Of a stretch of DNA of 64,000 bases, positions 1 to 11,370 are shown piece after piece. A program made the position numbers and the translations under genes. The notes beneath the pieces were generated by a model that saw nothing but the letters and a program-made list of their open reading frames with translations, was not told the origin of the DNA and made no database searches. Source of the stretch: Phyllobates terribilis. Taxonomy: Eukaryota. The stretch spans positions 256,494,001-256,558,000 of the forward strand of contig NW_027362767.1 in the NCBI RefSeq assembly GCF_046119375.1, read 5' to 3'. How positions within the stretch are numbered: position 1 is the stretch's first letter; the number at the start of each line of letters is the position of its first letter.

Positions 1-318
1 GAAACTATCCATTTCCTCTTGATAGATTGGTTATTTAGTGGCTGCGGCCTGCAGCGCATTCACTTCTGCAGCGGAAGGCGAATGGCTCTGATGACATCCA
101 GTCCGCAGGTGCAGGGTAGGACATGTACATGGATGATGGGTATCTGCACACGACTTATAATGGACAGGACTGGTGCACACGTCCTGGCAGGCACCTGTCA
201 ACAGTTAGCAGCGGCTCTCCTGATGCAGAATGGAGCATGGCGGAGCAACCCTTTAAGATTTAAAAATCTTATGTTTTAAGTTGATAATTCGTTCTACTTT
301 TTTTTGTAATGAAAAACT

Positions 319-339
319 TTTATTTATTACAATTTTATT
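319..339 (-). terminator. Cluster of three AATAAA poly(A) signals for SLC51A-like
   Basis: tttatt on + strand at 319, 323 and 334, about 180 nt beyond the stop codon. Confidence 0.6.
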
Positions 340-519
340 GCAACAAATAAAGAAGGTTTTATCCATCTGTATGGAGTGTGGGTATAAAGGGCGGAGAGGG
401 GAGTGCATTATGTGACAGCCAGAGATCAGCTCCAGGATATTTCACAAACGTATTTAAAGCTTTGGCCACCAACCAACTTGGCACCCTCCGAGAGACATCT
501 ATTTCCATGGGATTAGCTT

Positions 520-971
520 TCAGACTACTGTTGCATCATTGATGCCAATATAGTTTATCTGTGCTTGTATTTGTAGTCCACCTTTAGCTGATGCTTGTGG
601 TTTTGCTACTTCATAGGCGTCTGTAGGAGTCATGTTCATGCTTCCCATTTCTATGCCTCGGGACTGAGGTTTGGCCATGCTTTGTCTGGGCAGGACCACG
701 TTGTTCTGCAGGAAGTCGTACTTGTCAAGTGGTGCATGCTCGATGTGGCAGAGGGTCTCATCTCCCTCACTCATGTAACCAGCGTTGGTGCCCCTCATAT
801 CCTCCTCTGAGAGGCTGTACAGGTCCGGCAGGGTGGTCTGAGACGATTTATTATGCATCTCCTCCCGGCTGATGGAGTCATTGTCAGAGCACGGCTCCAC
901 CCTCCGGAAACAGTAACGGGCAAAGAGACTGATGAAGAACATCTCCATTGTTACAGAATAATTGTAGATGG
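520..971 (-). CDS. SLC51A-like: SLC51A-like last coding exon
   Basis: ccgcag| acceptor; last TM segment [23 protein letters not shown], then a long hydrophilic tail and TGA at 522-520. Confidence 0.88.
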
Positions 972-3900
972 CTGCGGAGGTGAAAAAACAGGAAGATTTA
1001 TTACTCTCCATAATTCCGATTGGACTCCGGAACATAGAAACAGCAGATTTTTACATGAATAATATACAAGCTGCACTGGACCTTCTTCCACAGATGTACA
1101 CATCCACCTGCCCCGGTCCTTCTGCCCAATACCACTCTCTGCACTTCCAACTGAATTTTCAATAGTCCCTTTAATACGATTTTCCTCTTACAAGTAGCCA
1201 TTTTTCCAACTGGATCGTTATCTCACCACCACCTAATCTAATGAGATTTTACCTAATACCAGGAGGGTGTTGGATAAAGGGTGAAAGTGGAAAACCCTTT
1301 TAAAGGGCATCTGCCATCATACCTCACAATACAAGCTGTAGATCTGATGAGACTGTTGTACTTGCTTTGATACGCCATGCCAGAATGGCTGTATAATACT
1401 TTATGAAAGTTAAAACTCAATCTAACGCCCACTTAGTTTGATTGACAGCTCCTCAGTGTCCCTCCTCTTTGCTGTTGCTGAGATGGCACACTGCTCAGTA
1501 CAAGCTGCAGCTGTCAGGCTGAATAGACAAAAAACTGAATACACTATGGCTGCATTCTCCCTCTGGACTCATTTTAATATTGGAATCATACCGCAATTCG
1601 GATATGGATTTTCACAGTAAGTGCACCTGCCTCATCAGGTCTAAGATATCTAATAATTTATGTATTGTGAAATCTGATGACAGATCTTGCTCCGTATAAT
1701 CCGCAGAGGTCCCCAAGCTGTGATGTCGCCATATGGCCACATCATGGCGCTTTGTAGATATTAAATCTTTAATAGCCTTATGTCCGGCAATAACATCTAA
1801 TCTTCTTCTATATAGACAATGTGAAATCACTTACTCTGAGAGCGCGTCTCCACCGTGAAGGGGGGGACACAAGGAATGGCTCCCAGGGCGGACATGGTCT
1901 CTAGGATCCCGTTCTGCAGCCCACACAAGACCAGCACCAGGGTGATGCAGATGAACTTGGATCTGGGACTGTAGCCCTCCAGTGCTTTCTTTGTGGCTTT
2001 GTAGAACAGCAGGTAGCCGTAGAAAGAAAGAAACGTAGACAAGCTGATGATGATGTTGATGTAGGAGTTGGGGTTGGTGTAGTCCACCTGGAAGTCATAA
2101 AATAGACTAAAGAAATGCCTTTTGCCATCTAGAATTACAGCCGTGGCCTGCAGATCTAGGGCTTGTGTCATCCGCATTGGATCAGTAAGTATAAAATAGG
2201 TTTTGCATAAAAAGTAGATGTAAAACCCTTTTATTTGGAGCACAGGAATGGAGGGACGAAGCATAAGGCGGGCTCTCTGTGTGTTAGGCCCTTCAGTTAG
2301 TCATGTGGCCACTAGAGGCGCTATGTTAGTGATAATAAGAGTCAAAGCCGTCCATGTATTCATACTCACATCCCCATAGTCATACTTCTCATCAGTCCAG
2401 AGAATGAGGCCCATGAAGAACAGAAGGGTCCGCACCACTGACAGCTGGTACACGGCAATATTCATCCACCGCAGGTTACTCCTGACACCGGGAACAAGAC
2501 ATGCTGGATTATTCTGTACATGTATCATGGCAGCAACGTCTACATCCTGCTCAGGGGAAGGCTTAGGCTGAATTCACACATCCTTGTTTTTTAACAATCA
2601 GCACAGTGATGGCATCTATGTGCCGTCCATTACAACATGGACCCATTCACATCCTGTTTTTTTTGAGGGTTTGCATCAGTTCAGGTAAAGAACATACAAC
2701 TGTGAATATTTGGTTTTCTCTTTATTTTGAAGAAAACAACAAATAGGAGAAAGTAACTGAGAACTTCAGTGTGCATAACTATTCACGCCCCTAAAGTCAG
2801 TACTTTGTAGAGCCTCCTTTTGCAGCAATTACAGCTGCAGGTCGCTTTGTATAAGTATCTATGAGCTTTCCACATCTTGCCACTGGGATTTTTGCCCATT
2901 CCTCAAGGCAAAACTGTTCCAGCTCCTTCAAGTTAGATGGTTTTCTCTGATGAACACCAATCTTCAAGTTGGACCACAGATTTTCAATTGGATTAAGGTC
3001 TTGGCTTTGACTAGGCCACGCCAAAACATTTACACGTTTCCCCTTAAACCACTCGAGTGTTGCTTTAGCTGTATGTTTTGGGTCATTGACATGTTGGAAG
3101 GTGAACCTCTGTCCCAGTCTCAAATCACTGACAGATTGAAATAAGCAAAACCTAAGAATAACCCTGTATTTCGCACCATTTATCGTCCCCATCAACTCAG
3201 ACCATTTTCCCTGTCTCCGCTTCCGAAAAACATCCCCACAGCAGGATGCTGCCACAATCATGTTTCACTGTGGGGATGGTGTTCTTGGGGTGATGAGCTG
3301 TGTTGATTTGGCACCAGACATAGCGTTTACCTTGGTGGCCAAAAAGTTCAATTTTGGTCTCATCTGACCACAGCACCTTCCTCCATACATTTGGGGAGTC
3401 GATCACATGTCTTTTGGCAAACTCAAAACGAACCTTACAAGTTTTGTGTGTAGGTAAAGGCTTTTTTTCTGCCCACTCTTCCATAAAAGCCACCAGCCTG
3501 AGAGTTTTGGTGGGCGGCCCTCTCTTGGCAGGTATGTTGTGGTAACATGCTCTTTCCATTTGATGATAATGGATTTGATGGTGCTCCGGGGATCATCAGA
3601 GATTGGGATATTTTTTTTTTTTTATAACCCAACCCTGACTTGTTCTTCTCAACAACTTTGTCCCTGACTTGTTTGGAGATCTCCTTGGTCTTCATGGTGT
3701 TGTTTGGAGATCTCCTTGGTCTTCATGGTGTTGTTTGGAGATCTCCTTGGTCTTCATGGTGTTGTTTGGAGATCTCCTTGGTCTTCATGGTGTTGTTTGG
3801 AGATCTCCTTGGTCTTCATGGTGTTGTTTGGAGATCTCCTTGGTCTTCATGGTGTTGTTTGGAGGTCTCCTTGTCTTCATGGTGTTGTTTGGAGGTCTCC

Positions 3901-6900
3901 TTGGTCTTCATGGTGTTTGGTTAGTGGTGCCTCTTGTTAATGGTGTTGCAGCCTCTGTGGCCTTTCAGAAAAGGTAAAGTGTATATACTGACAGACATGT
4001 GACATTAGATTGCACATAGGTGGATGTCCTGTCACTAAGCATGGGACTTATGAAGGGAATTGCTTGCACCAGAAATTTTTAGGGGCTTCATACCAAAAGG
4101 GGTGAATACATATGCACGTGACAAGTTATCTGATCCCATAAATGTAATTTGTGCCTATATTTTTCTCACTTCACCAACTTAGACTATTTAGTGCTGATGC
4201 ATCACACACAAATCGGATTACAAAAATATTTAAACACAGGTTCTAATGTAATAAAATAGGTAAAAAACCAAGGGAGTGAATTCTTTCGCAAGAGACTGTA
4301 TATACTATCATGGGTGCATGTTATATCTTTTTTTTTTTTTAATTCAGCTTTTCTAAAAAAAAAGCTTTTTCAGCGTTTTTAGAAAACCAGACCCTTGACA
4401 TCACCCTGTCCTTTGCCCTTTTATACATTCCCTGCAGACACTATAACCCATCTCCTCCATTTATGTTTTGCCGCAAAACAATATGAACGTTTTTTTTTTC
4501 TCCCGATGCCCACACCACAAACAGGGCACCACATTCTATTGTACCCACCTGTTCACAACAATGTTGGGGAAACAGCAGCAACAGCAGCACGGGGGCGGGT
4601 TGGGGGCGACCGTCTGACCCCCCAGTTCTTCTAACATTTTTGCTTTACCACCAAAGAAATCCGTTATCAGGTCCAAGAATTTCCAAAGTGTTATGGAGTG
4701 ATATCTGCAAAGAGACACAAACGGTGATGAGGACGGCACGTTCATAAGCTCGGACTGGCAGCACGGTGCGTGACGTCAGCAACAGTTCTACGGAGTTTCA
4801 ATCGGCGCCCGTGATCATCGATACCAGGAGCAATGTCATTGTATGTGAATGGGATTTATCTATACCATCTGGGCAGTGGGGAAATTCTACAGAGCCCCCA
4901 GATATGCACCCAGCCTAGTTACACTGTAAAACACACCACTGGGGACGCTTTTGCTCTAGGGTATGTTGTCAAATGTGTTCAGAGTAAATTACAACTTACA
5001 TAGAAGCCACGAAGTTACAGATGGAGGAGGAGCGGGGAATGTACATTCCTATAATGGAGGCGATGCAGATTACCTGGCCAAGGGGGAAAAAGGGGCTGTT
5101 AGTTAACCCATAATCTACCAAAACGGCATCAGCGTCTCCACTTGACTCGACATATCGAATGTCGTCTTACAAATTCACTTAATTATTTAACGGGGATCTC
5201 CACCTGATTATATTTTATTGTCATGTGGATACATTAACCCGTCTTCTCACAGAGCATATACATCTATACAGTGGCATGTAAAAGTTTGGGCACCCCTGGT
5301 CAAAATTACTGTTATTGTGAACAGTTAAGCAAGTTGAAGATGAAAGGCCTAAAGTTAAAGATGAAAGACAAAAAAGGGGGTGGGGTGGAAAAGCGCAGTG
5401 CTTGTGTGAACCTGTATGGAAGTAGAATATACGTGCAGATACAGTGGTCTGCTCACTTGGGTGGGTTGTGCAGACCGCACAACCCAGGTTAAACAGCTAC
5501 TGGCGCTGATAGCGCTGCCACGATGCCTTCAGTGTCTCCTCTGGATTAGCAGATGGAGCTTCCAATCATGTGATTCCGGGTGGGGTCACATGGGTGATGA
5601 CATCATTGCAGGTCCTACAGGTCCTGCAGCTGAAATTGTATCCAGTTTTCTGCAGCCTCCAGCCACAACTCCCAAGGGAATAGTGAACAGTGTGCAAATT
5701 GAAGTGGTCAGTGGGGCGCTAGAAACTGGATAAGGCGCTGGAAAAGGATAAAACAAACCTCTTTATTGAAGTATTAATGCCCACAACGCGTTTCTGCAGC
5801 GGTCTGCTGCCTTCATCAGGTGGAGTGAGTCACTCACTCCACCTGATCAAGGCAGCAGACCGCTGCAGAAACGCGTTGTGGGCATTAATACTTCAATAAA
5901 GAGGTTTGTTTTATCCTTTTCCAGCGCCTTATCCAGTTTCTAGCGCCCCACTGACTACTTCAATTTGCATAAAGTTAGAGATGACACATTTCCTTTGTAT
6001 TTTAGGGGAAAAAATTGTAATTTTTTACATTATAAAAATTACAAAAAGGAAAATGGGTCGAAGCAAAAGTTTAGGCACCCTTGGAGATCTGTGTGCTCAG
6101 ATAACTTTGACCAAGGTTTCAGACCTTAATTAGCCTGTTAGGGTTATGGCTTGTTCACTATCATCATTAGGAAAGGCCAGGTGATACAAATTTCCCAGCT
6201 TTATAAAAACCCAGCCTCCTCTAACCTTGTGCCGAAAAACAGCAGCTGTGGGTCCTTCTAAGCAGCTGCCTAGCACTCTGCAAATGGTGGAGGCCCACAA
6301 AGCAGGAGAAGGCTATAAGAAGATAGCAAAGCGTTTTCAAGTTGCCCTTTCCTCATTTCAAAATGTAATTAAGAAATGGCAGTTAACAGGAACAGTGGAG
6401 GTCAAGATAAGGTCTGGAAGACCAAGCAAAATTTTAGTGAGAGCTGCTCATAGGATTGCTAGAGAGGCAAATCAGAACCCCCGCTTGACTGTAAAAGACC
6501 ATCAGCTAGATTTAGCAGACTCTGGAGTTGTGGTACATTGTTCTACTGTTCAAAGACACCTGCACAAATATGGCCTTCATGGAATCATCAGAAAAAAACC
6601 TCTCCTGCATCCTCACCATAAAATTCAGCGTCAGAAGTATGCAAAGGAATATCTAAACAAGCCTGATATATTTTGGAAACAAATCCTGTGAACCGATGAG
6701 GTTAAAATAGAACTCTTTGGCCACATTAATCAAAGGTACAGTACAGACCAAAAGTTTGGACACAACTTCTCATTTAAAGATTTTTCTGTATTTTCATGAC
6801 TATGAAAATTGTACATTCACACTGAAGGCATCAAAACTATGAATTAACACATGTGGAATTATATACTTAACAAAAAAGTGTGAAACAACTGAAAATATGT

Positions 6901-9692
6901 CTTATATTCTAGGTTCTTCAAAGTAGCCACCTTTTGCTTTGATGACTGCTTTGCACACTCTTGGCATTCTCTTGATGAGCTTCAAGAGGTAGTCACCAGA
7001 AATGGTTTTCACTTCATAGGTGTGCCCTGTCAGATTTAATAAGTGGGATTTCTTGCCTTATAAATGGGGTTGGGACCATCAGTTGTGTTGTGCAGAAGTC
7101 TGGTGGATACACAGCTGATAGTCCTACTGAATAGACTGTTAGCTGCTTTTTTCTTGCCATAATACAAATTCTAAGTAAAGAAAAACGAGTGGCCATCATT
7201 ACTTTAAGAAATGAAGGTCAGTCAGTCCGAAAAATTGGGCAAACTTTGAATGTGTCCCCAAGTGCAGTTGCAAAAACCATCAAGCGCTACAAAGAAACTG
7301 GCTCACATGAGGACCGCCCCAGGAAAGGAAGACCAAGAGTCACCACTGCTTCTGAGGATAAGTTTATCCGAGTCACCAGCCTCAGAAATAGCAGGTTAAC
7401 AGCAGCTCAGATTAGAGACCAGGTCAATGCCACACAGAGTTCTAGCAGCAGACACATCTCTACAACAACTGTTAAGAGGAGACTTTGTGCAGCAGGCCTT
7501 CATGGTAAAATAGCTGCTAGGAAACCACTGCTAAGGACAGGCAACAAGCAGAAGAGACTTGTTTGGGCTAAAAAACACAAGGAATGGACATTAGACCAGT
7601 GGAAATCTGTGCTTTGGTCTGATGAGTCCAAATTTGAGATCTTTGGTTCCAACCACCGTGTCTTTGTGCGACGCAGAAAAGGTGAACGGATGGACTCTAC
7701 ATGCCTGGTTCCCACCGTGAAGCATGGAGGAGGAGGTGTGATGGTGTGGGGGTGCTTTGCTGGTGACACTGTTGGGGATTTATTCAAAATTGAAGGCATA
7801 CTGAACCAGCATGGCTACCACAGCATCTTGCAGCAGCAGCATGCTATTCCATCCGGTTTGCATTTAGTTGGACCATCATTTATTTTTCAACAGGACAATG
7901 ACCCCAAACACACCTCCAGGCTGTGTAAGGGCTATTTGACCAAGAAGGAGAGTGATGGGGTGCTATGCCAGATGACCTGGCCTCCACAGTCACCAGACCT
8001 GAACCCAATCTAGATTGTTTGGGGTGAGCTGGACCGCAGAGTGAAGGCAAAAGGGCCAACAAGTGCTAAGCATCTCTGGGAACTCCTTCAAGATTGTTGG
8101 AAGACCATTTCCGGTGACTACCTCTTGAAGCTCATCAAGAGAATGCCAAGAGTGTGCAAAGCAGTCATCAAAGCAGAAGGTGGCTACTTTGAAGAACCTA
8201 GAATATAAGACCTATTTTCAGTTGTTTCACACTTTTTTGTTAAGTATATAATTCCACATGTGTTAATTCATAGTTTTGATGCCTTCAGTGTGAATGTACA
8301 ATTTTCATAGTCATGAAAATGCAGAAAAATGTTTAAATGAGAAGGTGTGTCCAAACTTTTGGTCTGTACTGTATGTGTGGAGAAAAAAAGGCACAGAATT
8401 TCAGGAAAAGAACATCTCGCCAACCATTAAGCATGGGGGTGGATCAATCATGCTTTGGGGTTGTGTTGCAGCCAATGGCATTGAGAACATTTTATGGGTA
8501 GAGGGAAGAATAGGTTCAATGAAATTTCAGTAAATTCTTGATGCAAACACAACACCATCTGTACAAAAGCTGAAGCTGATATGAGGATGGCTTCTACAAA
8601 TGGATAATGATTCTAAACACAAGTCAAAATCCACAATAGACAACCTCAAAAGGCGCAAGCTGACAGTTTTACAATGGCCCTCACAGTTCCCGGATCGAAA
8701 CATTACTGAAAATCTGGCTACACCTCAAAATAGCCGTGCATGCAAGACGACCCAGGAATTTCACAGACCAGGACGGATTGTCCAAGGAAGGATGGATGAA
8801 AATCCCTCTAACAAGAACTGAAAGACTCTTGGGTGGCTACAAAAAGTGTTTACAAGCTGTGATACTCGCAAAAGGGTGGGGGGTGGGGGGGTTACTACAA
8901 GGTAGTTAGCGTGCAGGGTGCCCAAACTTTTGCATTGGCCCATGTTACGTTTTGTAATTTTTAAAATGTAAAAAATGACTATATATTTTTATTTTTTGCC
9001 TAATATAAAAAAGGAAATTTGTCATCTTTAACTTTTGGCCTTTTAGAGATCATTTCATCTTCAACTTGCTTAACTGTTCACAATAACAGTAATTTTGACC
9101 AGGGGTGCCCAAACTTTTACATGCCACTGTATCCATACTTTAACTCTTTGCACAGTTCATGACTCTCACCGGATATACTCCCAGAATCCATAGGTACAGA
9201 CAGGTTCTCCGCGTGCTCCGAACATTCCGCAGGAAAAATCCCATCTCCTCCAGAAATAAAGCCAACTGAACACACCCGACCAGTACGGGAATGATGAATA
9301 TCCACAGGTCCTTCTTTATCACTATAAAAGAGGTGAATAGTACAGAAGGGCAGATTGCGGACAAACAGCAGGGGGCACTCGCCTGAGAGTGTGGGAAAGG
9401 GGTCCTGCCAGCTGACACACTAAAGCTAGATGATGACAATAGAGTAAAGTCCACCAGCTCAGCAATGACCACATGTTCAGCCAACGTTACTGAAGTAGTG
9501 TCAGACTATGACCATGCTCGCCCAATGTATTGGCCTAGTGCAGCTTATAGAAGGGGTATGAGTGTATTCAGCATCAGCCTATAGGGCTGGGTACTTTATA
9601 ACTTTATGTGTAAACACCATAGTACCTTGGAAAAACTCGGATGATAGGGGGAAGCTCCCCCCATCCATGGAACAGTTGGCCCCCTTCACCAT
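520..9692 (-). CDS. SLC51A-like: Organic solute transporter alpha-like (SLC51A-like), 7 coding exons, 1266 nt = 421 aa
   Basis: Exons 9692-9626, 9321-9170, 5073-5000, 4704-4549, 2481-2370, 2087-1835 and 971-520. All introns are GT-AG and phases are compatible. The ATG has a strong Kozak context (caccATGG) with an in-frame upstream TAA. The protein has the OST-alpha cysteine tract ([10 protein letters not shown]) and FLEE and IPRS motifs. Confidence 0.9.
1835..2087 (-). CDS. SLC51A-like: SLC51A-like exon 6
   Basis: ttccag| acceptor, |gtaagt donor; [14 protein letters not shown]...[14 protein letters not shown]. Confidence 0.9.
2370..2481 (-). CDS. SLC51A-like: SLC51A-like exon 5
   Basis: gtcag| acceptor, |gtgagt donor; [17 protein letters not shown]...YDYGD. 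Confidence 0.9.
2650..4298 (-). mobile_element. Degenerate Tc1/mariner transposon in a SLC51A-like intron
   Basis: Frameshifted transposase pieces (ORFs 3435-3695, 3197-3559, 2797-3261: [35 protein letters not shown]). One end ...gcaagagactg|TA at 4298; the other end is eroded, so the start is approximate. Confidence 0.85.
3669..3916. repeat. 31-bp tandem repeat x8 spanning the Tc1 start codon
   Basis: Unit ttgtttggagatctccttggtcttcatggtg. Confidence 0.92.
4549..4704 (-). CDS. SLC51A-like: SLC51A-like exon 4 (Cys tract)
   Basis: ttgcag| acceptor, |gtgggt donor; YHSITLWK...[11 protein letters not shown]. Confidence 0.92.
5000..5073 (-). CDS. SLC51A-like: SLC51A-like exon 3
   Basis: ggccag| acceptor, |gtaagt donor; [24 protein letters not shown]. 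Confidence 0.9.
5365..5969 (-). mobile_element. Penelope-like retro-insertion with a 277-bp palindrome and a hammerhead motif
   Basis: About 15-bp TSD taaagtta(a/g)agatga at 5350-5364 and 5970-5984; palindrome 5693-5969 centred on 5831. The PLE assignment is inference. Confidence 0.7.
5780..5824 (-). ncRNA. Type I hammerhead ribozyme motif (minimal, palindromic stem III)
   Basis: UCCAC-CUGAUGA-AG-GCAGC-AGACC-GCUGC-A-GAAA-CGCG-UU-GUGGG: stem I UCCAC/GUGGG, intact core boxes, stem II 5 bp. Confidence 0.65.
6739..8371 (+). mobile_element. Tc1-like element nested in the outer Tc1
   Basis: TA|cagtacagaccaaaagtttggacac...gtgtccaaacttttggtctgtactg|TA; transposase ORF 7189-8013 ([22 protein letters not shown]) ends in a premature stop. 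Confidence 0.95.
9170..9321 (-). CDS. SLC51A-like: SLC51A-like exon 2
   Basis: tttatag| acceptor, CCG|gtgaga donor; [11 protein letters not shown]...LFLEEMG...GVYP. Confidence 0.9.
9626..9692 (-). CDS. SLC51A-like: SLC51A-like coding exon 1 ([22 protein letters not shown])
   Basis: caccATGG start, CAAG|gtact donor, phase 1 fits the next exon. Confidence 0.85.
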
Positions 9693-10599
9693 GGTGTGCT
9701 CCCGTCGTTCCTCTTATTCTTCTGAGCCATCCATCTTTTCTGGGCGGCCTCTCCCCATTTCCTGAGACATCCGCCTCCTTCCTGGATCCAGAGATCTCCC
9801 TCCACTCTTGAGGATGCTCCCAACCTCTGTGCATTAATCATTAATAGGGGCTGGTGCGGGCGTCCAGGTAACTGACTGAAGTCCACAGGTGACATCTACC
9901 TGGATAGGGTGCCGTTCACACCCGCCTTTCCATTGATCACCATTATAGTGCTGCATTATCAATCTGTAGACAAAGATTGTGCTGTGACCCTGAAATCCAG
10001 AAATGCTAAACGAGGTCATGTTATTCAGATGCCCCTTACAAAACCCATTTACCTTGAATTTTTCTACAGTGGTCCCTCTGCCAAGATGTTAAGTGTTCTT
10101 AGGAATAAATAAAGTTTATTGAAATGTGGTCACAGTCACACCCCTGGCCCTGGGTACGGAGCCTTCACAAATAAAAGGGCAGTATAAAATGTCTATTATC
10201 ACTGTTCAGAATCCTTCCACCCATACATTAGACCCCTGAAATTTTGGAAATATTGGGATTAATATATATGGTCAGACGAGTCAATAAGTAACCCTGGAAC
10301 ATGCATATTTATGGTCGGCTCCTGCAATGGCCTGACTTCTGCATGACCCTGTTTACTACAGTCTTCATTGCTAGGTTTATGGTTGTGGTGTTATTACTGT
10401 AGAGCAAAGGAAGGAGGGTTTTATGTTTATTCGTGTCTATAAGTCTATTGGTAAAGTGTCTCTTCAGAGAAGACGAGGACTTGAACTCTAGCTCCACCTG
10501 TTGGAAGCAGCAGTCCTACAAGTCAATATCGACCCTTTAACGAGCATTGCCACATGACATAGGATAAAAGCCTCCTCATACTGGAGTGCCAGACATGGC

Positions 10600-11010
10600 T
10601 TGTCACTCTCCACAAGGAGAAACCTCACCCCTTAGATCCAAGTCTATTGTATCATTCCAGGAAATCAGAGGGCAGAAAAGTCACCACCGCTCTGCTGACC
10701 CCATAACTGCAGAGTCCAGACCTCCTCTGGTATAATATCAGCACAAACACAGCGCCCCCACCAGGAGCTTCATGGCCGAGCAGCTGCATGCAGCCGTACA
10801 TCACCAAGCACAATGCCGAGCGTCGGATGGAGTGGTGTAAAGCCGCCACCACTGGACTCTGGAGGAGACGTGTTCTGTGCAGGGATGGATCGCACTTCTC
10901 TATCCAGCGTTTGATGGAGGAGTCTGGGTTTGGTGATTCCAGGAGAACGTTACCTCCTGACTGCATTGTGCCCCCTGTACAGATGGTGGAGGAGGATAAT
11001 GTTATGGGCT
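10600..11010 (+). mobile_element. Degenerate Tc1 transposase fragment
   Basis: ORF 10788-11063 resembles the Tc1 linker (ITKHNAERRMEWCKA, DGSHFS); boundaries approximate. Confidence 0.55.
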
Positions 11011-11370
11011 GTTATCATGGTTTCCGTTTTTTTGAAATTTCAGGCCTTTACCTGCTCCTGTGACCCTATTATAACACAGATGATGATTCCTCTTAATGGC
11101 ATCAGATTTTGGCCTTTTGTCGTCAACATGGTGGCACGATGATGGGCTCCTGTTCGGGCTGCCATTAAGCTGCTCGGCCTCCTGAGTGAGTAAAGCCATT
11201 TGTCATAAATCTGAGCCGTGTCTGAGACTTTCTTTCTGAGGCCTAAACCGCATGGACACGTGATTGAAATTCACAGCATGTCCCTATGATAACACAGAAG
11301 CGTCAGAGCGCAGAACGGGAGGTGTTGCCCTCAGGACGCAGACATTAATACTCTGCTAAGAAGCAGACGC

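Larger units (their letters stand above)
5269..9129 (+). mobile_element. Tc1-like element (outer) interrupted by two insertions
   Basis: TA|cagtggcatgtaaaagtttgggcacccctgg... TIR with the matching inverted end at 9129|TA; transposase fragments at 6227-6736 and 8372-8900 with stops. Confidence 0.92.
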
